Origin: Chrysemys picta bellii
Taxonomy: Eukaryota
NCBI RefSeq assembly: GCF_011386835.1
Contig: NC_088797.1
Location: 30,194,001 to 30,258,000 of the forward strand
Reading direction: 5' to 3'
Length of the DNA: 64,000 nt
Part shown: positions 47,324 through 64,000 of the stretch, piece by piece
Position numbering within the stretch: position 1 is the stretch's first letter
How the letters are laid out: the number at the start of each line of letters is the position of its first letter
The notes under the pieces: generated by a model
The model's database searches: none
What the model saw: the letters and a program-made list of their open reading frames with translations, nothing else
Told to the model about the DNA's origin: nothing
Program-made: the position numbers and the translations under genes

Positions 47324-50300
47324 GAGGGAGGGAAGGGAGCTGGGGTTAAAGGTCCCACCATGGGGAGATGGGGTGGGGAGCTGCTGGGGTTAAAGGTCCC
47401 GTAATGTACAGAGGCAAATGTGAACTGGGGGGATTGGCTGGGTTAAAGGTTTCTTTCTCGGTGGGGGAGGAAAGGGGATTGGGGGAGTATGCTTCACCTG
47501 ACGGGGAGGGGTAATGTGGGCAAGATGCAGGGGCTATAGGGACAGCTTTTACCTGGGATGGGGAGGGGATTATGTGGGACTGGGGGAGCTGCCAACCTCT
47601 GATCCTTGTTCGCTCTCCCCCCAGGGGTGGAGCAGCGCATCGATTACCTGAGCTCCCTGAAGGTGAAGGGGCTGGTAATTGGGCCCATACATGTTAACAC
47701 CCCTGACAACCTGGTCCGCTCGGACCTGCAGGAAGTGGACCCCCAGCTCGGCACCAAGGAGACCTTTGCCAAGCTGTTGGAGGCTGCCAAGAAGAAGAGT
47801 AAGAAAATGTCCCAGTATGGGGTCTTTTCCCCTGGGGGTGCTGGATCTGATCTGGCCCCAGGATGGGTGGTGGGGAATGGGATATGGAGTTTTTGGGAAG
47901 GGGAGCTCTCCCTGCCCCAGGATGTACATCTGACCTCCCTTTCTCCCTAGGTCTCAAGGTCATCCTGGACCTGACCCCCAATTACCGTGGACAGATGCCC
48001 TGGTTCAGCCAGGAGACCCCCCGCAACAGTGATTTCCAGTCTAAAATGAAGGTGAGGGTGGGCTCCAATGGGGGGCATCTTGAGGAGCAGCACCTGAGGG
48101 GAGCTGGCAATCTAACCTGAAGGCTGTGTTCTGGGGGAGAGGGTGTCCTGCTTTCTCTCAGATTCTCCCTAGGGATCTGTGAGGGCCTGGTTTGCCACGT
48201 CCCCTGAATCCTCACTATTTTTGGGAAAGCAGCTGGGACCACTGTTTGGGTTTCTCATGCAGGGGGGCTAGGGGTATGGAGACCTGGAGGGAGGAGGTGT
48301 TGGCTACACTGGAGTTGGGGAGGGACTGTCAGTTGGTGGGAGGATGCAGGGCTGGTGGCTGTGGGGCATGCCAGATGCTGATGCTTGACACACGCTCTCT
48401 GGGCAGGCTGCACTGGAGTTCTGGCTGGAGTTTGGCGTGGCAGGGATCCAGATGGAGGGAGTAGAGAAGCTCAATGTAAGTGACTGGCTTGTCTATGTGT
48501 TGTGGGGTATTGGGGCGGGAGGTAATGTGAGGAGTGACTGTCTGTCTCACAGATCTTTTTCTCCTCCAGGACTCCCAGCTTCTAGTGGAGTGGAAGAACC
48601 TCACCAGCCAGTACAGTTCTGATGGCAATGCCAGGTGGGTGCCAAGCCCACACCAAATGGTTCTGGCCCTTTTGCGGTGGTGGTTGACTGGCTGCACCTG
48701 TGGGATGCCAGCCCTCTTGAATACGCCCACCTTCCAGGCTCCCTCCCTGGGATGCCTCTCTCCTCTCCTGGTGCCAACCCCCCCTCAAGCACCCATAGCT
48801 CCCCCATGTCCCCTCATCCTCTAGAAAATACCTCTCCATCTTCTGACTCTGTACCCTGCCCCACCCCAGCCTCCCACACCCTCCTTCCCATTCCTAGCAC
48901 CTCACAGCTGACCCCGGTACTCACTGTACCCTGACTCCCTTCTCCCCAGGGTGCTGATCGCTGGGACAGGTCAACGAGATTCCTGGCAGATCTTCTCCCT
49001 GCTGAACGAGACCAGCGCTGACCTCCTGGTCAGCCCGTATCTGATGGGGCTGGGGGAAGAGCCCACTGGGGAGAAGGTGGAAAACGCGATCAAAGAGTAC
49101 ATCCAGGCTTCAGGAGAGAAGTGGCCCAGCTGGAGTGTGAGTGCTGCCCTCCCGCCCACTCTGTTTCCCCAGCTCTTGGAATTGGGTGAGGGGGCTGGGG
49201 CATGGACCCACCTTCACCCCACCCCTGCCCCACCGGTTCCCCATGCTAAGCCCCCCCATCTGTATCATAGCTCCCAGTGCTCAGAGTGGGCTCCCTTTTG
49301 GAGACAGGGCAGGAGCTGAGCTCCAACAGATGTGTGCCATAAAGCATATGGGTTCTGTGTGGGCTGCTAAAGGAGGATAGGCTGGGGATGTGACCACTAG
49401 CCCCCCATCCCCTCCCAGACCTGGGGATACGTCCACCTCCCACCCCCTGTGCTGACACTGCATTTCTGCTGTCTCTTCAGGTGGGGGGCCCAAGGACAGG
49501 ACACATGGCCTCTCTTGTGAAGGAGCGGTTGCTGCGGCTCTATCACATGCTACTTTTCACGCTGCCAGGGACACCCTTCACCAACTACGGGGATGAAATT
49601 GGGCTGCAGGAGCAGCCAGGACAGGTAGGGGCAGTGTGGGGCTAGGGGATCCCTCTGGAGGAGGGGGCGGGAGGGTTAGTTAAGGTGATGGGGTGGGGAG
49701 GGGGGCAGTGAAGTCCCAGAAGGTGCTGGCAGGTGGGGAATGTCAGGGCAGGGGGAAGGGCAGTGCAGAGGGGGGAGGGGATGGGGAAGTTTGTTCAGCT
49801 CCTGGGTGGGGAAGGGGTGTCTGGGGAAGGGATGGGCTGGGTTGGTGCAAGAAGGATGGGCAGCCAGCTGTGCAACTCCCTGTAACCATGTCCGTCACTT
49901 CCCCAGTCCGGCGTACCCCACATGCAGTGGAATGATTCGGCCAACTTTGGCTTCTCCTCAAAGTCATTGCCTCAAGGTGGGGGCAGCAGCAGCAGCAACA
50001 TCACTGTGAAGGTGAGGGCAGGGGTACAGACTGCTTAGGGGAGGAACATGGGTGGTGAGGTGAGGGTGGGCTTAGATGGGGGCAGAGCTCTGGGGGATCT
50101 CAAGGGGTATGGGAGGAGCTGGGGGAGGGCATGGTCTGCCTCGCAGTAACCCAGCATTTCTCAAATGCTGCCACTGTGGCCAGCAGGGGCTTTTCTTATG
50201 GCCACAGACTTCTGGGCAGTGGTGGTGGTGGTTGGGGTAGGGGGGCAGACAAAGCAGTAACTCCTCCTCTGGGGCCACCAGCAGGGTTTGGGCCCTACCC

Positions 50301-51473
50301 CCCTCTGAGGACACAGTGGCTGCCTGCTCCTCCAGCATTTGAGTTCCCCACCTTCTGGAGATGGAGACGGTCTGGCTTCAGCCCTGGGGTAGCAGGCAAC
50401 TGGCTCCAGCTGAGCAGCAGTTGGCTCTGTCCTCTGGCTACGGGGCCCCAAGCTCCAGCCATGGGAGGCAGGGCTTTGGTCTCCGTCCATGGCGCCGCCC
50501 CCCCCCCCCCCCCCCCCGGCTCCCTTCTCTGGCGTCAGCTGCACAATGGCAGGCCCTGGCCCCAGCCCTGTGCTTGTCACCCACCCCCATTTCCCTGGCC
50601 CCCAGCTGAGCAGCGATAGGGCTCTGTCCCCCACTGCTTCCCCCGGCCCCTATCCAGGGCTCGTTGGAAGCTGAGTAAGTCTTCTGTGAAAAATGATATC
50701 TGTATGTTTGTTAATATCACTTTTCACAGCAGACTTAGCAGCTAGCTTGGAGGCTGTGAAAAGGGATATTGACATACAAGTATCACTTTTCACAGCAGTA
50801 GACTTGCTAGCTAGGCAACCAAAAGAAAGAACAATAAAGACAAGAATGTGCCAAACACCTTATTTGTGTTTCAATTTTGTTTAGGTTTAGTAAACCATAG
50901 ACACAACTGAACATTATTTGTATTTTTGAGTCTGCAAAAACACCCTACATAGACATGTCCAAATCACTGTCATTTGTTTGCATGCATATGTATTTGTTTT
51001 TCCTAAAGTTAATTACGTATTTTAGGAAAAATAGACAGAGCAGCCACCTGCAAGAGTGGGTGGCTTCTCTCTAAGGTCATCAAAATGTTGTTGTGAGAAC
51101 TCCTGCACTAATCCCATGTCTCCCTCCCCAGGCACAGAGTGAGGACCGCTCCTCACTGCTCTCCTTGTTCCAGCACCTGAGCGAGCTGCGGGGCAAGGAG
51201 CGCTCACTGTTGCATGGGGAATTCATGATGCTGCCCACGGTGCCGAATGTCTGTGTCTACCTGCGCAGCTGGGACCAGAACAAACGCTTCCTGGTGGTCC
51301 TCAACTTAGCTGGCACCCACAGCTCTGTCACCCTCTCCCACTCTCTCCTGCCTTCTGAGGCCACTGTGGAGCTCAGCACTGACCCCCAGCGCCAGGAGGG
51401 GCAGCTGGCCCTGCAGGGCCTGACATTGGAGCCCTCTGAGGGGTTGCTGCTGCATTTCCCCTATGTAGCCTAG
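45976..51473 (+). CDS. SLC3A2: 4F2 cell-surface antigen heavy chain (CD98hc), 539 aa: join(45976-46408,47625-47798,47951-48051,48407-48475,48570-48634,48950-49136,49481-49624,49907-50011,51132-51473)
   Basis: MSQDAEVDMKEVELNEMEPEKQPM, KFTGLSKEELL, WVRTRWALLILFWLGWLGMLAGA TM helix, LFTLPGTP..NYGDEIGL, EGLLLHFPYVA; all introns are GT-AG and in phase (1620 nt). Confidence 0.97.
46830..47010 (+). promoter_or_regulatory. Candidate SLC3A2 intron-1 enhancer
   Basis: CACGTG 46833, TTGCGCAA 46843, GTTTCATCA 46965, TGACGTCA 46978, TGACTCA 46999. Confidence 0.7.
47015..47405. repeat. G-rich minisatellite (about 52-bp unit) with a 35-G run
   Basis: GGGAAGGGAGCTGGGGTTAAGGTCCCATACAATCTGGGGGC repeats; G35 at 47288-47322. 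Confidence 0.85.
50152..51105. mobile_element. Non-autonomous hAT element filling SLC3A2 intron 8
   Basis: Termini CAGCATTTCTCA / TGAGAACTCCTG; degenerate TSD CAGTAACC/CACTAATC (6/8 match). Confidence 0.65.
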
Positions 51474-52140
51474 GGGAGGAGGCCTCCCCTGCGGGCCAGG
51501 GCCTTCCGTGTTCCAGGGAGGGGTTTTATTCATGTGAGTCCTACTAACACCCCCAGGGGCAGCACTGAGGCCTTGGGGCAGGAGGAGGGAGCTGCAGCCA
51601 TAAGATAAAGAAGGCCCCTAGGTTCTGCTCTCCCGAGCCCTGGATGTCTGTCCTGATACACCCCACAGGGCTGGAGGGGGGTGGGGTGGGGAGCTGGTGC
51701 TCAGTGAGCCCCAATTCCTGCTAGCCTCACTTTGGCACCATCCTCAGGGATGCTATGGGAGCTCTGAGCTGATGTGGGGACTGAGCTCTGTGACATCTGT
51801 TTCCCCATGGTGGGGTAGCAACTAGATTTAGGGACCAAAGGGTTCAGGCCCCACTGGCTGCAGCTTCACCCTCCCCCAAAGTCATTCCAGCTCCTGAGGG
51901 GCTGGCCCTGCCCTGCTGTTATCCCCCCACTTGGGGTCACCCCCTCCTTTTGGGTGCCCTGTATGATGGGATAGGTGGGGATGACTGATCAGGACCAACA
52001 GTCTGTCTCTCCTCCTCTCTCCCCCCTCCCCATGTTGTAGTGGCCAGTGCTGTGTGTGAAATGGGGTTGATGTTTGGGTGGGGGGATGGATGGCTTTGTG
52101 CTGGGCTCCTCCGGAGTGCTGCTGGGATCAGCATGGAAAT

Positions 52141-52146
52141 AATAAA
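52141..52146 (+). terminator. SLC3A2 polyadenylation signal
   Basis: AATAAA followed by U/GU-rich sequence. Confidence 0.7.
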
Positions 52147-52899
52147 AGGCTCTGCTTAATGATTCTGGCTTGTCTCTTCCTTTAGCGTGGCCCTGGCATT
52201 TGCCCCCTATGCTTCAAGTGCCCCACGGCCTCCTTGTTTTCCCTGTGGCTGCTTCATGCCTTAAGGGAGGGGGGAAGGAGGACCCCTTGCACTTCATCCT
52301 CACTGGCTATCTCTTCTACTGCTGCAGGTTCCTACCTGCACTGTGAGGACCCCTTTTCCCCCCTCCTGTGACCACTGAGTAGCCTGGGGGCAGATCTCTG
52401 CAATTCAGGGGTCTGGGTGCTGCCCTGGAGCAATCTGCCTAGCATGGGGCTGGTGCTGTTAGTGGAGATGGGTTCCCCTAACCTTGGCTGTGCCTTCAGG
52501 GTATGGACCCATCACAGATTGCTCCCTCTGCATTAGGGGAGGAACAGTTGAGCTGGCAGCCCTAGGCCAGCCCCCCCAGATGTGAGAAGGGGGTTGATTC
52601 TATCTGCAGGGCTTGTACCAGGCTCCTGGGGTCCCACCTGGACAGCTACCTTTATGGGAAGGACAGGGGGGTGCATGCTGGGCCCACCTGTCAAGGACCG
52701 CCCCCCTAGCGCAAGGCACTTGGCAGAGGAGCCATGGGCACTGGTGCATGCTGGGAGCTAGTGTTTTAGCGTGGGGAGGCCCCTACTGCTCCCTAGGGGC
52801 ACTTTACACCTTCCCCTTTAACACGCCACCTCGCCTTTAAATCCACCTGCTCTTCAGTGCCCGTCCTCTTTAACCCACCCTGGCCGCTTTCTGTCGGCC

Positions 52900-53170
52900 G
52901 AACGCCGGCCCCGCCGCCGCCTTCCCCTTTAAGTGGTCTCCCTGACGCATTGCAGGTGGGAGCTGGCCAATGGGCTCGGGGCAGGCGGGTCACGTGGCCG
53001 TGCCGGGCGGGCGGTATTTAAAGGGCTCGGTGCAAAACGCAACGGAAGGCCACTGCTGAGTCCGGGACTCGTTGCGGGCGGAGGGATCTGGGCGGCGCGG
53101 CCCGGGCGGAGGGAGCCTGAGACCACGGGGAACTGAGCGGTCGTAGCACCAGCCCCCCGCCGCCGCCGCC
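52900..53170 (+). promoter_or_regulatory. Calmodulin gene CpG promoter and 5' UTR
   Basis: TGACGCA 52943, CCAAT 52967, GTCACGTGG 52989, GC boxes, TATTTAAA 53015, Kozak GCCGCCATGG. Confidence 0.8.
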
Positions 53171-56064
<2,894 letters not shown>

Positions 56065-56606
56065 GCTCTGGTAGGGCATCCCCCTCACCTGTACAGACTG
56101 GATGGACTCTTCCTACTGCTGCCACATGTCACCCCTGCCCTGTCCCAGGTGCCATCCTGTCATCAGCAGCTGCTCTCCTTTGAGGACAGTGCATGCTTTC
56201 ACCTCTTCTGCAATGTGTGCTTGTATGCTGGGCACCACAGGGACAGGAGCCCAGCAGGGCCTATGGCCTGCTTCCCCCAAGTGTTTTGGTGGAGCAGGCC
56301 CCTGGCTGCTGGAGGGCTCTGCAAACTGCTTTCCATCTGACAATTCTTCCCCCTCCCTCCCATATTCAGCATCTCACCTGAATGCTCATGGACTGTGGTA
56401 GGGCAGCTGACAGTGTCTCTTTGACTGGCCACTGTTGCCTTCCTGGACGTGTCTGCATATGTTGGATATTGTGACTGTTAATTTCTTAACTGCTTAATAT
56501 TCACCCCCCTTAATCTCTAATTCCTTTCCTCCCCTCCCCCCCCAAATCCATATTGGCTTCCGGGGATGCTTCGGTTCCATTCCAGATGATGTAAGGTTTT
56601 ATTTTC

Positions 56607-56612
56607 AATAAA
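56607..56612 (+). terminator. Calmodulin polyadenylation signal
   Basis: AATAAA followed by a GU-rich downstream element. Confidence 0.7.
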
Positions 56613-57399
56613 GTCTCTGTGTGGTTTCTATTCCAAGTGCTGCCTCAGCATGTTCAGTGCACAACTCCATTGGAGGAGCCCCAGCACCCTGTGGGGCTTG
56701 GTGCTATATTGATAAACCAAGCGGGGTGGTGTGAGTCTATAGGCAGAGTCTAGTTGGTGTGGTGTGGGCTAGTTTCACCCTAGGGCAAAGCAGGTACAGC
56801 AGCAGCAAAAAGTTACTATGACCTCATGTAAATGTCTGGGTCAGGACTTGAACCTAGTTCTCCCAGAGTCTGTGTAGCTTGAACTCCTGCCAACACTGCT
56901 AGTGTATAGTGAAGCTACTATCTAGATAGTCCACTGTTGAGACCCCCTGGTACTACTGAAAAAAAGTCTGACTTGTAAAATATGCTATTTATATACTAAA
57001 CTAGAACCCTCTTAGGCCAGTACCAGTAATTCTATTCTCAACAGTGCCATATCTCAATATACAATATATATATAGTGTCTACAGGCCAGCTTCATGGGTT
57101 AGTTACTGTAGCAGTGTTAGGCTGCACAGCTGAAGTCCTGCTATGTCACAACAGGCTACTATCCAGCATCAATCACTGTACTAAAAGACAGCTGCAGCTA
57201 GTCCTGCTAACACTGCCTGCAGTAAAACTACACTAGAGAACAGTTGATTATGCTATGCCTGATGAGAGACAATATCCACTAAGCTAGCCTGTGGACAGTG
57301 GGCTAGCACACTCCTCCTCCCCACAGCACAGGTCTTCTCCAAAGGCTTAATCAGAGTAGGCGGCCTGAGCCTCGCCGACTCCAAAACCTGCCCACTATT

Positions 57400-57750
57400 C
57401 ACCTACTCTGGACACCTTGCTCCGGGAGCGCCGCCAGCTGCATTTATACTGACTTCTCTCACCTCATTGGCCACTGTCAGAACCAATGAGAAGCGGCCTC
57501 GCCCCACGGAAGTACTACTAAGAATGGGTGGCGCGCGCAGAAACGCCTGGGCCGCTGGGCACGTGGCTACGTTCTTAGTTGGGCTAGGCGGCTTCGCTTT
57601 GCCAAGCAGCGGGGTCCGGAAGCTGCCGCAGCCCGCTCCAGCGCCCCCAGGGGGCTTGAGATGGGCGCTGTTTCCCGTCATACCCAGCAGCAGCCCAAGG
57701 AATAGAGCTCCCCGCCCGCCCGGACCCGCACAGACTCGGTGGCGTCAGAG
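57400..57750 (-). promoter_or_regulatory. Orphan CpG island with promoter architecture
   Basis: Minus-strand TATAAA 57443-57448, CCAAT boxes 57466 and 57483, CGGAAGT 57507, CACGTG 57560, donor at 57403. Confidence 0.55.
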
Positions 57751-57754
57751 GAGT

Positions 57755-57760
57755 TTTATT
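57755..57760 (-). terminator. Probable RPS6KA4 polyadenylation signal
   Basis: Minus-strand AATAAA about 1.8 kb after the stop codon. Confidence 0.55.
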
Positions 57761-59543
57761 CTCAAATACAAAATACAGGTGGTTCGCTCAGACAGATGAG
57801 AGGCGGCCCCCTGGGCGGAGCTGCAGGAGCTTGGGGTCCCCCCAATCCCACGTCATCCTAAGGACTGGGGCCCCGCCCCTCCCTTCTAAGTGCAGTTGCA
57901 CGGGGGGCCTCGGACAACTGCCCACATCCCGAAATCCTCAGCCCCTGAGTCTTAGCTGCTCTCAAGGGACAGAAACCAGGAAGCTGCGGGGGGATGCTCA
58001 GAGCCCCAGCTCCTACCCAACCCCGACTGGGGCGGTGAGTCGGATAGACGGGGTCGGGAAAGGGCAGCTGCAGGAACAGACACTAGCCAGCCCGGGAGGG
58101 CGGGGAAAGGAACACAAAAGATGGCAGCACCCAGGAAGTGGGATGAACCCAAGCCCCCTGTTCCCCATTCTGGCCTCTGACTCCCCTAGGGACCTGTCCT
58201 CCTTTCCCCCACCCACCTCAATCTTTGGAGGAGCCAATTGCACAAACACCCCTTAAAGTGACTGATTCAGGCCCCCCCACCCCCAAGTCTAAACTAGTCG
58301 TCTCCGCCCCCAGTAAGCTTTTTCTGCCCATGCTTCCCCTTCATCTGGCTCGCTCTGAAGGGACGGTCTAGGGATTAATTTGCTTGGGTGGTGGCTAGCT
58401 TTAGCCTCACTCCCAGCTGGGGAGGAGGGGGGCTGTACTCTGAGACCACCCCAAGCACCCACCCCCAACATTTTTAGTTTAAAAATAGATAGAAATTTCT
58501 GTCTCTTAATAAAAAAAAACTCTTCCCTTTCCTTCTCCCCCCACTCCAATCTTATCCAGGGGGTGCAATTCTAGCCCCTCCCTTGCAGGGACTAAATGTG
58601 GGGTACTGTTCACCTCCCTCCCATGTGCTCCATTGCTCAATGGGGGTCCTGCCCCATTCCCCTACAGCAGGGATATCGGATTAGCAATGGAGCTGGGAGA
58701 TGGGGGAGATATTGATTGGGACATCAGCTGGGTCTGGCCCCTTGTGCTGGGGCTCTCCCGCAGCATGCAGCCCTGAGGGGAGATGGTGCCCTATACTGCC
58801 TGCCTGCCCACCCACCCTCCCCCCAAAAGAAAACGATTAAAAGAAATAAAATATAGAATCCAGTAAACCCCCCCCCCCCTTTGGCTGGGCTAAGGTGACC
58901 CTACCGGTCTGACCTTCACTTTTCATTCCAGCCCCAGAGCCTGGCTGAAGGGACCTGCCCTCAGATCTTAAGGGGTGGTGGTGGCAGTACTCACAGAATC
59001 TCCATCCCCTGTAGGGAACAGCTTCCCCTTCCCCTGCAACAGTGGTGTGTGGGGTGGGACGGGGCAACCCTGAACTGTCGTGGCAGAGATGGACCCTAGT
59101 CTGACCTGGAAGCCAACGGAGGGTATGTGTCTTAGAACAGCTCCACAGGCATGTGCATCCACCCCAGAGACACCTCCTTGCCCTATGGCCCCCACACCTG
59201 CCCCACAAAACACCACCCATAATCACCCCAGGGCTGCCCCACTTATCTGTCAACCCAAAGACCACCCTCACTTTAGCTCCTAGGGGACTTCACATTTCTG
59301 TCACACAGAGACAACCCCTTATGGCCCCCAGACATACACAGGGCAACCTCCAGGTTTAAATCAAAATGAAAAAAACAAAAACAAGATGAATGAAAAAACA
59401 TGTCCACATGGGAGGGGGGGAGCAGAATGCCCCCCAAAGAGGCTCATCCCCCCCCTAAAAAACCCCAAATGAGATACCCGCCCACATTCTCCCCCACAAG
59501 CAACAGAGACAATAAATAGCCCCCCCTCCTTGCCCCACAGGTG

Positions 59544-64000
<4,457 letters not shown>

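Noticed and set aside
46492-47361. 289-aa proline-rich minus-strand ORF
   Set aside because: A translation of the G-rich minisatellite and poly-G run.
57255-57300. CTGATGA as a possible hammerhead or C-box core
   Set aside because: No stem II plus GAAA or matching D-box/stem follows.

Overview
Vertebrate genomic DNA; the CR1, Penelope, hAT and Harbinger repeat families and the GC-rich microchromosome-type repeats suggest a turtle (inference). Six spliced protein-coding genes can be reconstructed with in-phase splice sites, all syntenic or paralogous to human 11q13. On the minus strand: the 5' half of SART1, a B3GNT2/B3GNT8-subfamily glycosyltransferase, TSGA10IP (FAM161C) and the 3' half of RPS6KA4 (MSK2). 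On the plus strand: SLC3A2 (4F2hc) and a complete calmodulin gene. Main highlights: (1) a canonical calmodulin gene between SLC3A2 and RPS6KA4, a position matching none of CALM1/2/3 and best explained as a fourth 2R ohnolog, with a GC donor on intron 1; (2) an intact B3GNT2 paralog whose catalytic and metal-binding residues are substituted (candidate pseudoenzyme); (3) Penelope-derived minimal hammerhead ribozymes, one locked in an 89-bp hairpin beside a TSGA10IP splice acceptor; (4) a dense ATF4/CRE/AP-1/C-EBP/E-box cluster in SLC3A2 intron 1; (5) a ~22-bp-phased ETS array forming the SART1 promoter. All family assignments come from recalled consensus sequences; no database search was run.
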